Origin: Azolla caroliniana
Taxonomy: Eukaryota; Plantae; Polypodiophyta
Length of the DNA stretch: 64,000 nt
Assembly (NCBI GenBank): GCA_043228905.1
Contig: JBHGNT010000021.1
Location: 558,001-622,000 of the forward strand
Direction of reading: 5' to 3'
Shown here: positions 28,271 to 41,944 of the stretch, in pieces
Position numbering within the stretch: the first letter of the stretch is position 1
Layout: each line of letters starts with the position of its first letter
Position numbers and translations under genes: made by a program
Notes under the pieces: model-generated
Database searches by the model: none
Seen by the model: only the letters and a program-made list of their open reading frames with translations
Told to the model about the DNA's origin: nothing

Positions 28271-29566
28271 GCATTTCAATAACAAACACACACACACACA
28301 CACACAGGTTTATTGAGGGTTTACCTTACTACATCATGATTCGCTACTAATGAATTAGAGTGGAGATAGCAAGGGTTGTATTATCATCTTGTTTCAATAA
28401 CAAACACACATTTACGGAAAAAAAGGACATTTATTTGAATGTGGAGATAAAGGTTGGATATTGAGAGAACTATAGTTGATGTTATGGCGATGGTGGCATT
28501 AGAATAGGCTCTAGTTGAATTCATTAAAAAATAAGTCGAAGATGGGGAATGTTTGAATCATTACAATTTACCCCTACATTCATCATGATTTGGTAGAGCA
28601 AATGGAAGAGGGTTTTAACCAAAATCTCCAACTAGTTTCAACCCAATTATCCATACATTTGTTTCACTTTGAAATTGTTTCTTTGGGAACTATTCTATTT
28701 TCAATAATGTCTATAAGTCACCTAAAAGCTGATAATATTGTTTCACATTCAATCCCATTCATTGAAATCTCAACAAATATTTATGATAATTCTAATTACT
28801 GTCATCGCCTCACAACATAGTAATTCAATAATTTTTAAATATTAAATCCGTTGTCTTTAGAGAATATATTTGTGTGTGTTTCTTCTCACCAAGATTGATT
28901 CCTCTCTTTTGATTGCAAACAACTTGAATGTATTTAAGCTGCCTTCAAACAACTTTAATGTATTTTAGTGTCTTTGAATAAGTCATGCTCAAGAACTATA
29001 TACGTTATGTTGGTTGCACATAAGTTTTTGCCTTAGGTTACATAAGATTTTATAACACCTTTCCGTTTTTACCTTACTATTTTCTTTCGATGCACTTTAT
29101 AAGTTATGCTTTTGCATTGAGATATTAACCATTGACAAATATTTTTGTAGATTTGATAATAACGTGACAATGAGTTACATATGACCAAACTAATTGCATG
29201 TGTATGTACTATAGTCCGCCAACGTCGTTTCTTGGATCACTGGAATTGGTAAATATGCATTTAAAGTATTAAAACTATATTGCTCCATATGTTATTGTAA
29301 TACATATGACCCTAACTTATTTCAATTGTAATAGTAGGTTAGATATGTTTACAATTTCAACGGAAGTCCAAAACTTCAAATTGCCATATTCGGCGTAGTT
29401 TAACGTTTACAACCTTTAGATTAAGGAAAACAATGGACCATGCAAGAACATCCAATTTTTCAGAACCAATTGCATGTTATTGTGTTGTTGGCATCGTAGT
29501 TTAAAGTCATCCTTATAGTTCTAGGGTAAACATTTTTTTGTTTATATATATATACACTATATATTA

Positions 29567-29687
29567 AGGGGGTGCATCAGAGAATATTTCATTTTCAACT
29601 ATTTTCCTGCTGATTTTAGTTCCCTTTTTAATGTTATAAAATAAGGATGACAATAGGTGACAATGAAATATTCTTTGATGCACCGCT
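29567..29687. mobile_element. Tourist/PIF-Harbinger-like MITE (foldback)
   Basis: ~40-bp imperfect inverted arms (GGTGCATCAGAGAATATTTCATT / AATGAAATATTCTTTGATGCACC) flanked by a TTA target-site duplication. Confidence 0.7.
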
Positions 29688-32600
29688 TTAATATCTAGTT
29701 GCTTCTTGTACTATTTTTTTCATTTTCAATACTTTTTGTGGTTCCACTTTCTTCTAGTTGTCATTTGATTCCCTTGTTCTTGATTTTGTGGATTTCACGC
29801 AATGCATCGGACTTGAGAGACCATGTGTATCCTAACTATGGTACATATGGAAGACCACATGTTGATGTTAACAATTCATTTTTGAACAATTTGAAACTAT
29901 GTGAACACAACCATATCCCTCACATGTTGTCTCTTTGAACCAAGTTTCCCCAAAGGGACCAACACAACTCATACCTTGGAGTGTTGCGCTTCCAAGGGTC
30001 ACTACCTAGTCTCAAGGGTTCCCCTTCCTTGTGTTGGGCTAGCCAAGGGATTGGGGAACATCACCCCTTGTGTGAACCATGCTAGTAGATCTTATGCCCT
30101 TTAGTCCATGTAGGTGATAGGTTAGTTAGTTAAGGTAATGCATTTTGTTGGTGTTATGATCATAATATTCTTTTGTTTTTAGACATCCACTTTGTATATG
30201 AGAATCTTGTCATTCGAAATAGTTTGTTTCATTTCAACTTCGATTTGATCCCCTTGACTTTTGTTTTTTAGATGCGTTTATCATGCTATAATACGTATTT
30301 GGGGTCATATGCACCATTTGATGGTACAAAGTGGGAGAAAACCTCATTTTTTGGTTCTATATTGGCCTCATATTATAACTGTTATATATGGCAGGGCATG
30401 TGATCTCCCCTCCACCACCAAACCATGATTCTTTGTTAATGATATTGAGATTGATAAAACCTTGTTTCCATATCGAATAACTAAGGTTAATTTAGTATGA
30501 TGGGCAAGGGTGTTTGCTTAAATGCAAGTGGTAGAGATATTTATGTCAACCTATCTAATCTTGGTCAAATTATGTTGTCGAAAGTTTCTAGCAATTACTT
30601 GAGGGTGCACAACAAAAACCTTGCACCATTTATACTATTTCATGCACCATTGAAGTTGTGGACACTCATGGCATGTATGTCCTTCCAAAGTTGGGTAAAA
30701 ATGTTTTCTTTCACAACATATTTGGTTGGCTTCTTGGCCTTGCTTGTTTGTGCTTTAGGTGGGGTAGTAGAAATTTGAAGGCTTAGCAAAATGTCTTCCT
30801 TGCTCATGGACTCACCATAATCTTGGATGAAGGATCTAAATTTTATGTCAATGAACCTTTTTTTTTCTTTTTTTCTTTTTCTTTTTTGTCAAGATTCACT
30901 ACGGTATTAATGAAAAGATGGCCAAAGGCTACAAAGTATCCATACAATATATTACAACCCTCCTACCCACATGAATCAACATGTATAGTAGCGGAAACCC
31001 TCATGCATGGTCTTTTCAAGACGAGGGGCGGAAAAAACCATCTTGGTGGAGCATATCTCCATTTTATTCTGTCCCCAAAATAGGTGAAGACCTCTACCTT
31101 TATCCAAATTTCTCGAAATTGTTGTTGCTTGTGAAACACAACATCATTCTCACCATGTATTACAATCCTCTTATAAGCCTATTCATAAGTTTTACATTTG
31201 ACATTCTATGTTTTGGTTTGCGTTAACAATGTAAATATTTCAGTTAAAGAATGTAATTCATCTCTATTTATGTCATGTTTTAACGAGAAAATATGATCAA
31301 TACAAATTCATTTGGCCTTGTATAAAGAGACACTATTGAAGGAATAATCTTTTTAGATTGGAGTACAATAACTTAGGACTTCTTTGAGGAGGGTACACAA
31401 CCACTTCTCAAATTGGTTGTCAAGGGACAAAGCTACCACTCATGTTTTATTATAGATGAGTTCATAATTTTCAAGAAACACTTGATGAGACTGTGTGTGT
31501 TCCTTTTCCCTAGATATTTTGGCACCCTCTCACTCATGCAAAATATTTACCTTAGTCTCTAGGGATCTATATTTGTTGTTTTCCTTTGGCCATCATATCT
31601 ACACGATTTTTGCATGCAAGAGTTTGTAGTCCATGTTCCGTAGAGTTCTACCCCGCCCCCCTCGAGGATGTTGCATTAGGATAGTACATGTGGTCTTATA
31701 TCTCATTGATGGTTGGAGGTCTCTCTAGTTAGGGGTGGTCAAATATTTATTTTCAAGGTTTCATGTTGCCCATGTGGGTGACATGCACAAATTCCTAATG
31801 TGCTTAAAATTAGTATGGGAATTTTTTCTAGAATCAGCTTGGTTGTCCAACTTTGAAAATCTCTTCATCTACCCCTTCTAGCTTTGAGATACACTTTACA
31901 ATTTATGTTTTCGTTTCATCCAACCCATGTGGAACTTCTTGGGCTACTTCAAGTGAGAGCCTCCTTTTAGTTCGTAGGTCAATCCTCCTCTAAAAATCAC
32001 TTTTCATAACATCTCGTTTTATGAGAGCATAATCTTTTTGTATATCTAAGATAGTTATAATAATTTCCAAGTCATCCTATGTAGGCGTTATTATTGTAAA
32101 GTGGGTGGTAGAGTCTAGTTGTTGAGTCATTGACCCTCATCAAATTCAAATCTACTAGCTAAATTGCATTGGAGCGACTTGTCAACCCCTGCCTCTTGCA
32201 CACTAGATACACACACATCTTATTCAATAGGCAATTTTAATAAACCAACATTGTTTTACAAGGTTGGGCAAATATGGAACCATGATTTTATTCCTTGCGG
32301 AATCTCACTTCTAAAATATTGAAGGTGAATAGTGAACAAGTATGGGGTTTAGAACCTCAATAATTTACGTGTGATCAAATTTGTCTAACGTGTATATTAC
32401 ACATATTTGCAAAATGGGATATCGTGAAAGGGAAAAATATATCCAAAGGGAGAAGAATTTTGTGTGTTCCCATATGTAAAGGTAAAATGTGTGGGAGAGA
32501 TATATGAACTCTCATAGAAAGTATTAACCTTTGAGCCAACATGATTAAGGAAAGAGGTGAGTAAGAGTTTGTTAAGCTTTTCCAGTGGCATATATACGTG

Positions 32601-35149
32601 TGTTGAACGTGAACACCTTGAGTTGACACAACATAATCAAACAACTCATGTTTGCAAGTCACGGAACCATCTATTGTGACTTGAAATATGGTTGGATACA
32701 TTTGGTTTGACGAACCACACACCATTCACCCAATTAGTATTTGCTCACATCAAGTTTTTCTTGTGATTCATTGCAAACATTCTTCCATAAATATCATGGT
32801 CAAAGTTGTTGACGTCACTCTATTTCTTGAGACAATCCACTTGGAATGCTTCAATGTGATTGAGCTTGTTGCAATATCGATATTTCGATTTCTTCCAGTA
32901 ATTTGCTCCATCATCGAGACTCCCTCTTATTTTAGAGTTTCCTATTCAACTTCCCATTTTCATGGTGAAGTTGGGAAATTACAATTTGTGAGTGTCATTT
33001 TTTGTCATTGTACCATCCACTACCTGCTGGCCTTCTCCTTTTATGGTTGCCATTTCCATCTCGATGTGACAATAACATTTGGTTTCAAAAGAATGACTCT
33101 TTAGACTGAAATTATTTTCGTACACCTACGCGATTAGTTGAAAATATAAGAATCATGACTTCTCATGTGAAGAGACCAATACTCAATAGGTTGAGTTATT
33201 GCAAGAGACCATTGAGATACATTTCCATCATTTTATCCTCATTGATATCTACGTTGATTGAGGCAATAAAGTCGCACAATAATTTCATGGTATCGGTCGT
33301 TGATGAACATACTTTTTGTCAATTGCTATTCAACTCTTCTTGGAGTTGAAACTCGGGAGTGGTCGTGTTCTTTAAGTTTCCTAATGCTTCATTGTATGTC
33401 TCCATGCCTTGTACGTAGCTAAACGTGTGATTGTTTATGTTGCAAGATAATATTGACATTACAACTTGCACCTTGTTGCCATATTGCGTAGATTGTATGT
33501 GTCGTGTTTGTTACATCAATCGTCAATGTAACCTTCAATATTCTATTCTTCCAAGGTATTGGTGCTAGAGAGGGAGCTTATGTTGTCTCTAGGCGAATTA
33601 CACTGAGTGTAGATATTTCTTCAAAGTTCATTCTCTTCATCGAAGTCATGTGTTGAGGTTGGATTGTCATATATCCTTTCATTCACGAGCACTCTCAAGC
33701 TACTAACACTTGTATTTTATGATTTACAATATTTCTTCCTCTCTTCTCTTAAATCGCTATCTAGACTCTAACAAGTTAATTGGTGTCTCGATAGGGCTTA
33801 ATTTTAATCGATTAATTAAGAACTTGTAAAAGTGTATATGCACAAGCAAAACACACTTCAATTAGTGAAGAAACGCCATAAAACACTCACAATTCAAGAA
33901 GAAGAGATAAAAAAAGCACAAAAATAAGCTTTATAGTCAATTGTAATGTTTTTGCCTTTTTCACTATTGTGTGCCCACAAGTCTCTAAACTCTCTAACTC
34001 TCTCTCTCTTGTGTCCTTTTCTCTTGTTCGTAAACTTGCATCATTGGTACCACTATTGATATCATCATTAGGCAGTGAAATGTACGACATGCACTTAAAG
34101 AGCTCCCCATTTTCATTCTCATATTGCTGGTGCCAATTCCTTCTTCTTTTCATCTTCCTTCAATCTTCACAACATACGAAATTGGGTGGAGCTCTTCCAC
34201 TCCTGAGCTACTCCGTTGCACTATGATAGAAATTGTTGACGACATCAATGCGTATGAGTCGATTCTTCAACAAAAAACACATAAGCGACAAAGAGTTTAT
34301 TTTGATGAGCAAACCTCTCGTTATGCTGCCGTGTTAAGATCTAGAGAACATAGTTCTATGTAGTTGGATAGATAAAGTAAGATATAAATATGTGTTGTGT
34401 GTATGCATGGATGGGAGAAGAGCGATTAATAGACATTGTACAAGATTCATTGAGACAATGTATCAATCAAAACGAGAGATGATTAAAGAATGAAGCTACA
34501 AAATATTTTTAAGAGTAAAATAAACTACAAACCAAGGATAATCAACCCTTTGTCCAATGCAAAGGTACATCATTCAATGCACATTCATAAAGTCAAAGTT
34601 AGACTTTAACACAAACACCACATGCCATAGGGAGTATGTGTTCAGTGTTCACACAGTTGTCATCCCAACCTAATTTAGCATCTTTCAAAATCTTGGTAAG
34701 AATGAACTGTATTTTGTTTTGCAAATATGCTACACATACTACAACAATAAAGATGCCCAAAGAAAAGGGAGGTTGAATCAAACAAGTCAGGCTCTTGCAT
34801 CATGTCCTTCCAATATGTCGCATATACATATTGAGCAAAGGCAACAAGCATCAAATGAACTTGGGTGAAGCAACATCTTTAGATTTCCCAATGCATATAT
34901 ACACAATTCGCCATCTCTTTGGATCTTTGGTACTAAAACAATGCCACTATAGACAAACCAAAAAACTTTGACGTTCTCTTGTCCACAATTTTGTCTAGAT
35001 CCAGTGCAAGATGATCATAAAAAAGATTAAAAAAACATCCCACGAATGAGTGAACTGACAAATACATTTAAAGAAAGAAAGAAAGATGCATTGACATCTT
35101 TTAAGAGGCCAAAATGGCATATAAGATCAAAACGAGCGATTAAATATTA

Positions 35150-35253
35150 GGTGTGTTGTCTCATCTCAGGGGTCATGGGGGGGGTACTTGAACCCATGCT
35201 CTACCCTATATATGATTATATCAAAACTTTAACCCAATAAGTTGGCACCTCCC
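35150..35253 (-). mobile_element. Possible tRNA-derived SINE remnant
   Basis: Minus strand has a B-box-like GGTTCAAGT ~55 nt after a GGGAGGTG start; no cloverleaf evident. Confidence 0.3.
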
Positions 35254-35494
35254 GTGTAGAGAAACGAAAGCATCAATACACATTATTTTGTCGAGAATTC
35301 GTCCAAATCCAGAGCAAAGTGCAGAGATGGCGGAGACAAGAAGATGGTTAACTTTTTCCTCATCATCCACGATGACACACGAAGATGCCAAGCAGCATAC
35401 AAAAAGGCAACATCACATCGGACTTACAAAAGCAACACCCCGCATTCATTTTGTTGGCATCTCTCTTACTTAGTTGGGGAGGTTTCTGCAATGA

Positions 35495-35860
35495 TTGAGA
35501 GAGAGAGAGAGAGAGATAATGATTGAATGTGTGATAATCATAGGGACTCATAATACATATGTATGTATATAATTGTACATAATGCACAACACACCCAATA
35601 ATGATAAGAAGGATTTAGGAAGAAGGCATGGGCCATGGTGGTAGTGAAGCTTAATGAATGGCAAAGTACTAACTAATATGTATGTATAAGATCATAGAGA
35701 CAGACAGAAATAGGGACAGGGGACAGAGACAGAGACAGAGAGACAGAGACACATTGAAAGAAAGAGAGACATAAGAAAAGGAAGGATGAAAAAGAAGAAG
35801 AAGATCAAATCCATGGCGTAGGAAACGCATACACTCCCTTCTCTCTCTCTCTCTCGGCTA
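35495..35860 (+). promoter_or_regulatory. GA/CT-rich putative LFY promoter and TSS region
   Basis: (GA)n at 35498-35515, (GACAGA)n at ~35697-35750 and (CT)n at ~35840-35855, ahead of a pyrimidine-rich leader. GAGA motifs are known BPC-type binding sites; function here is inferred. Confidence 0.4.
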
Positions 35861-37011
35861 CTCTGCAGAAAAAGGGCACATTTTTTAGTACTTTAGATTG
35901 GACAACAGTCTGCTCCCTCTTCCCCATCTCTCTGATGTGACATCGGATAACTCTGGGTCTCTGCTCTCTGCTACCTTTCGTCTGATGGTCTTTTTGGGGC
36001 TTCCATGACTCATATATACGATTTCGACCTCCCTTTATACAACAGACAACGACCCCCCTCCCCCCATTCATAACCTTTTTAGCTAAGACATCCTTGTCTA
36101 TCCCATTTCCCCCCTGTGTAGGTAAAATGGCCGAGAAAAAACTCTGCTGTGTTTCTCTCTGTATTTGGTCTTTGTTTTCTCTCCTTTCTCACGTTTCAAT
36201 TTGCAGGTTTTTATTCGCTTTGATGATGATGGGGCATTTTTTGAAAGGTCTGTAAAAGAAACCCTAACAAATCGACAAGAGGCACAGCCATAGCTCAGTT
36301 GTAGCTCTTATTTCAATTTCTCTCCGTCTCCCAATGAGAGGTGACAAAATTCATACCACTCTCCTCATTTCTGCACTTATTGGTGAAATTTAGAGGCTTG
36401 CTTTCATCTCTGTATTTTTGGTAAATTTTAGGAATAAAACGGAGAGGAAAGAAAGAAAAGCTTTATTGACGGCCGTTTTCTTTGATCACAACATTCATTA
36501 GACAATTTCATTAGTTTAATGTCCAAAAGTGTTGGGTATATATCTTTTAGGTTTTCTCTGGGAACTGTAAGGATGAAAACCCTGTATTTTTGCTCAGTAT
36601 TTCTGATTATAAAACATAATTTATTATAAATAAATAAATAAATAAATTGTAAATTACTTTTTTTCTTAAGTAATTGTGGTGAAAAATACACACAATACAG
36701 TGAATGTTTACTGATGCAAAAACCTTATTTATTTATTTATGTATTGTATGATATTGTGTTTTCTAGCTTAATTACAGATAGGAACATACATATAATACAC
36801 GAAGTGATTACCGAGACCAAAGTCTTGTCTTTTTCTATGCAATTGCAATACAAAATGAGCAGTTACTGATGAGTGGTTATTGTATTGCTAGAGCAATTGT
36901 GGCAGTTGTGAATGATCACCTTTTCTTCTGGAAGAGCTCTTTTTATAGAGATTAAACATCAAAAAAGTTTTTTTAGTCTCTAAGGGTTTGTTTACACCAA
37001 GCCAAGCCAAG

Positions 37012-39058
37012 CTGGATTCTGAGCAATTTCCAGGTCCTTTGTTCCGCTGGGAACAAAGGATGGTTCCTCACAAAGAAATTGTTCCCATGGGGGTAGTGGT
37101 GGCAGCTCATCCTGTAACCCCCACCCATTCGAAGCAAATAAAGCTTCTAGAAGATCTCTTCAAAGATTACGGTGTCCGTGCAGCTACTATAGTCAAATTT
37201 ATGGAAATGGGCTTCACTTTCAATACATTAGTAAATATGATCGAACCTGAGATCGATGATGTCATCAAGACCATGGTAGAAGGCTATCAAATGGAGCTTC
37301 TGGTCGGGGAGAGATATGGTCTGAAGTCAGCCATTCGAGCCGAGAAAAAGCGGCAAGATGAAGAAGTTGAGCGACAACGCTTAAAAACACTCGGGAATAG
37401 TAATGGGAAGAAACAAAAATTGGACGATAATGGCACAGCGGTGACTTCAGCTGAGGGTATCATACTTGTTGTCCTTTGAAAGTTTTGCCAATTTTTTTGG
37501 AGCCTATATCTTTACAATTTTTTTCTAGAGGGTTACGAGCATATGCCCAATCATACAGTATGCAGTCAATTAGGCCAGAGATACGCTCAATAGCTTATGG
37601 ATGGGATTTTGTGGAGTACAATCCGGGTAGTTGGGGTTTGGACATAGACCTAGGTATAAATATGGGACATTTCAAGACCTATTTATACATTTTAACTCTA
37701 GAATTTTGTGTGGCCAGGTGGTCACCCATGATATGGGAAGGTTAATTGGTATTGATGTCTTGCTACCTAGTGCATATTTAGGCATCAAGACTTAGAAAGA
37801 GAATTGTACCCAATAGCAAGAAGTGCATAAACTAGGCTGCAAGCCATATTGATTCAGGTTAATACTTGGGTCTTTGTCCCAGCCACTTGTTTGCACATAG
37901 ACCTGAACCTAAAGTTAATTGTTGTAAAGGTTATGGCTTTCTATCTCCAGGCCACATCTGTCACGATTGAAGCCAATTAAATGTTCATCCATGAGCTAAT
38001 GACCTTATTGCTAGGCCATTCGCTACATTGAAGTTTGATAACAGGGGATGCTCGAGACAAGGACCCATGGTCAAGAAATTAGTTCGGTCACATGATATTA
38101 ATTTTCTAGATATGTTGGATCATGCAAGCAAAGGTAAAAGACTCGAGCATTTGGATTTTTGCAGGAAACCGAGAGCAGAGAGGAGATAATGGCATTATGT
38201 TCCTTGATGCTGTTGCCACCAATGGGCCATTGAATTTGAACTCAAGGGAGCATGCACAACAAGAGCATAGCCATGCACAACTTGGTCCTCCAGGCCTATT
38301 AGCCATACCTGAGCCAAGTAGTGATAATGAAGGGAGGACATTGGTGCGAAAGAAACAGAAGCGACGTCTATCTTCTCGTGAGCCAGGTGAGGATGGAGAT
38401 GATCGAACAAGAGAACATCCTTTCATCGTTACCGAACCTGGTGAAGTGGCAAGAGGGAAGAAGAATGGATTGGATTACCTCTTTGACCTCTATGAACAAT
38501 GTGGAAGGTTCTTAGATGAGGTGCAACAAATGTCAAGAGAAAGAGGGGAAAAGTGTCCCACGAAGGTATATCACCGGTAATTCTCATTACAATAGTTGTG
38601 ATTTTAGGTCAAAACTGCTGTATTAGAGAGAACCTTGGTTAAATTATTTTTTTACTAGACTCTTATCATTTGTTTAGTGCAAAAGAGGGTCAATTGACAT
38701 CTAATTGTGGTGCCTCCAGGTGACAAATCAAGTGTTTCGACATGCAAAGCTTAAAGGTGCGAGCTACATCAACAAGCCAAAGATGCGACATTATGTACAC
38801 TGCTATGCATTGCATTGCCTAGACAAGGAGAAATCTAACTTTTTGAGGAAGTTGTACAAGGAGAGAGGTGAGAATGTGGGTGCTTGGAGGCAAGCTTGCT
38901 ACTACCCATTGGTGGAAATGGCCCGAGCAAATGGTTGGGATACAGAAGGGGTTTTTGTCCGGAATGAAAAGCTTCGGATTTGGTACGTTCCAACTAAGCT
39001 CCGACAGCTTTGCCATCTTGAGAAGAGCAAGGATAGCGATAGTTGTAGCTATGAATAG
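37012..39058 (+). CDS. LFY: LEAFY/FLORICAULA transcription factor (~394 aa if started at CTG 37012; first ATG at 37060)
   Basis: Exons 37012-37456, 38165-38565 and 38720-39058 with the canonical LFY intron positions (..CPTK|VTNQ..). SAM domain ([11 protein letters not shown]...[14 protein letters not shown]) and DNA-binding domain ([60 protein letters not shown]). Confidence 0.97.
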
Positions 39059-40244
39059 GTGTACACATACATACATAACCTCTTCCATCCTTTTGACAAC
39101 AATGTCTTCTATGGGTATGCCCAACTTATTTTTCACAAATGTGCTTACAATCCGTGATGATTAGGTTTTTGTCAATCAATCGTCTTGTTTCGTGATTGTT
39201 AGCTCGGAAGGAACTGTAAAACAACTTCTTATTCCATATCACATCAAAGGATGTATTGGTCATTGTATTTATCTTTATGTTGTTATGGACATGCATTTGA
39301 TCATGGCAATCAAAGAGAGGCTTTGTCATATGAGTAGTTTCTTAATAGACGTGTTATATATTCCCAAAATTGATAATTGTACAAGGGGATTTAATTATGT
39401 TTTTGGGCAAGAGTGATAAGGATGAAAGAACAAATGCCTCCAAGATTTGCCTTTTGAAAGTTTTGCGATGAAATGTGTCATATGAATGAAAAGAACTTTG
39501 TTTGGCATGGTTAGAAGGAAAACAAAATTAGGGAATATTTCAATCTGCATGGAATGATAAAAGAATATGAGGCTTGAGTTGAGCTACATAAATGCAATCT
39601 CATTGGTTATACTCTAGTGGAAAACCCACTATGAGCTTGAGCACATGCTTGAAACTCAATTTATTGTAATGAGGATTCAGCCATATGGATTTTGAAGCAT
39701 GTAAAAGGAAAACTTAAAATGAGAGATGTTTATTTTCAAATGTTTGCATACACAATTTGTATCCAATCATTGTTGCATCCCACATGATACCCTAAACCCA
39801 AAACATGGAAAAGATGTATGGGATGAGCGATGAATCATAAAGCTACTAGATAAATTCTTTAAACAATTGTGCTTGTGCAAAAGGGGCATACTTAAAGGAA
39901 CATGTAGGTTTATTAGAATGATTAGGAGTCCTACAAGGTAATGATGATAGTGAAAACCATATATGTGCTCATACACACATGCACACAATGGTTAATCAAC
40001 TTGATTGCGTTTCTCCACTCATATTAATGTTATGCACAAAACAAAACATTTTTCATGTTGCATTTATGTCTACTTGATCACGAGACGCATGAATACCTAC
40101 ACTAAGAAAAGTTACACTTGATGTGTGTTTGGCACATGCACACGATATTGGTTAATCTTATCATTTGTCTACTTAAACTAGTCTTGAAATTTGGCACTTC
40201 GATGCAAGACATAAAGAGATACAATGCTCATGTTCATATCATAT

Positions 40245-40972
40245 GCCAAATGAAGGATTGTATGTGTACAAAAGTAATGTGATGTAAAACATAGACAATG
40301 TAACATTGGTCATTCCCTAGGAATATGTTGTTTCAAGGTATTGGTTTAGCTGCATTGCACCAATTTTACGTATCTATATTTGGTTTTAGAGATTGTTGAA
40401 TGAAATAATGCACATGTAATGTGTGATAAACTTCAGATTTTAATCCCTCCTTCCAAAGAAGTTTGGAGAATGCCTAAAAGAATTTAGCCAAATGAAGGAT
40501 TGTATGTGTACAAAAGTAATGTGATGTAAAACATAGACAATGTAACATTGGTCATTCCCTAGGAATATGTTGTTTCAAGGTATTGGTTTAGCTGCATTGC
40601 ACCAATTTTACGTATCTATATTTGGTTTTAGAGATTGTTGAATGAAATAATGCACATGTAATGTGTGATAAACTTCAGATTTTAATCCCTCCTTCCAAAG
40701 AAGTTTGGAGAATGCCTAAAAGAATTTAGCCAAATGAAGGATTGTATGTGTACAAAAGTAATGTGATGTAAAACATAGACAATGTAACATTGGTCATTCC
40801 CTAGGAATATGTTGTTTCAAGGTATTGGTTTAGCTGCATTGCACCAATTTTACGTATCTATATTTGGTTTTAGAGATTGTTGAATGAAATAATGCACATG
40901 TAATGTGTGATAAACTTCAGATTTTAATCCCTCCTTCCAAAGAAGTTTGGAGAATGCCTAAAAGAATTTAGC
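40245..40972. repeat. Perfect tandem triplication of a 242-bp unit
   Basis: GCCAAATGAAGGATTGTATG starts at 40245, 40487 and 40729; copies look identical. Confidence 0.95.
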
Positions 40973-41778
40973 TCTATAAGGTATTAGCTTTCTAATGTCT
41001 CTTTGATTATGGAATAACAACACAATGCGTGTGATTAAGTTTAGATTGCGGCGGCTCTATAACATATTAGCTATGTGATTGGTCATTGATGTGGTAAATT
41101 GTATGCATAAAGGCTCTTCATGTACAATACACACAATTATACCCCTAGACAATAAAAATGGTAGACATCTTTCCTAGCAAGTTGCAACTATGTCATTTAT
41201 AATAGATAGATTAATCGACAACCAAATATTACATGAAATGTTTTTCTCCACAAGGCCTACTAATATGTGTGTTGGCAAAATATCAAAATTTGGCAAGATC
41301 CACTAAATTTGAAGAGCAAAACATAAAATATATGTTGCTAGATTTATGATATTAACCTAAATTCTACAAATTAGAAGATGTCCTCGATGGATAAGGGCTC
41401 GATCCTTTCTCAAAATCCCACAAAAAACAAACATTATTGTAGTCGACTAATTACATAAGTTTGGGAAAGATAACCCATTCTAACTGAAAGAAAATAACTT
41501 TTTCTTAACTTGAGAGGGAAAAACTTGAGTGGCTAGTTGCGGAAAAAACTGTGTAATTTTGTGCACCATTCTTTGGTTAGAGAAAAAGAGGAAACTTTCG
41601 AACAAGAAACTTAGAACAAACCTAGTTTTGAACTAGTGAAATAACATAAGTACATGTGTCATAGATTTCTGAAGGAAAGCATGTACATACATTCATTACG
41701 GAGTTGTTGAAATTGGATGTTGATAATCGATACAACTTTGACAAACCAACATTATTGATGAAGAGATATTATTCTTTC

Positions 41779-41944
41779 GTCGTGCTAGAAATGACTACTG
41801 AAATAATAGAGTAATCCACGAGTTATTTGGACTAGAAGATCATGCAATTACTTATGGGTCTCGTCATGCTAGAAATTACTACGGAAAGAATAGAGTAGTC
41901 CACGACTTATTTGGACTAGAAGATCATGCAATTCCTTATGGGTC
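41779..41944. repeat. Tandem duplication of ~84 bp
   Basis: TGCTAGAAAT.ACTAC...TTATTTGGACTAGAAGATCATGCAATT.CTTATGGGTC occurs twice. Confidence 0.85.

Noticed and set aside
32375-34360. Possible decayed transposase/SWIM-like coding region
   Set aside because: Only a weak CKH-like motif in heavily interrupted frames; not enough to assign a family.
36988-36990. TTG start given by the ORF track for LFY
   Set aside because: Poorer context, and it lies upstream of the position homologous to the conserved initiator; CTG 37012 or ATG 37060 fit better.
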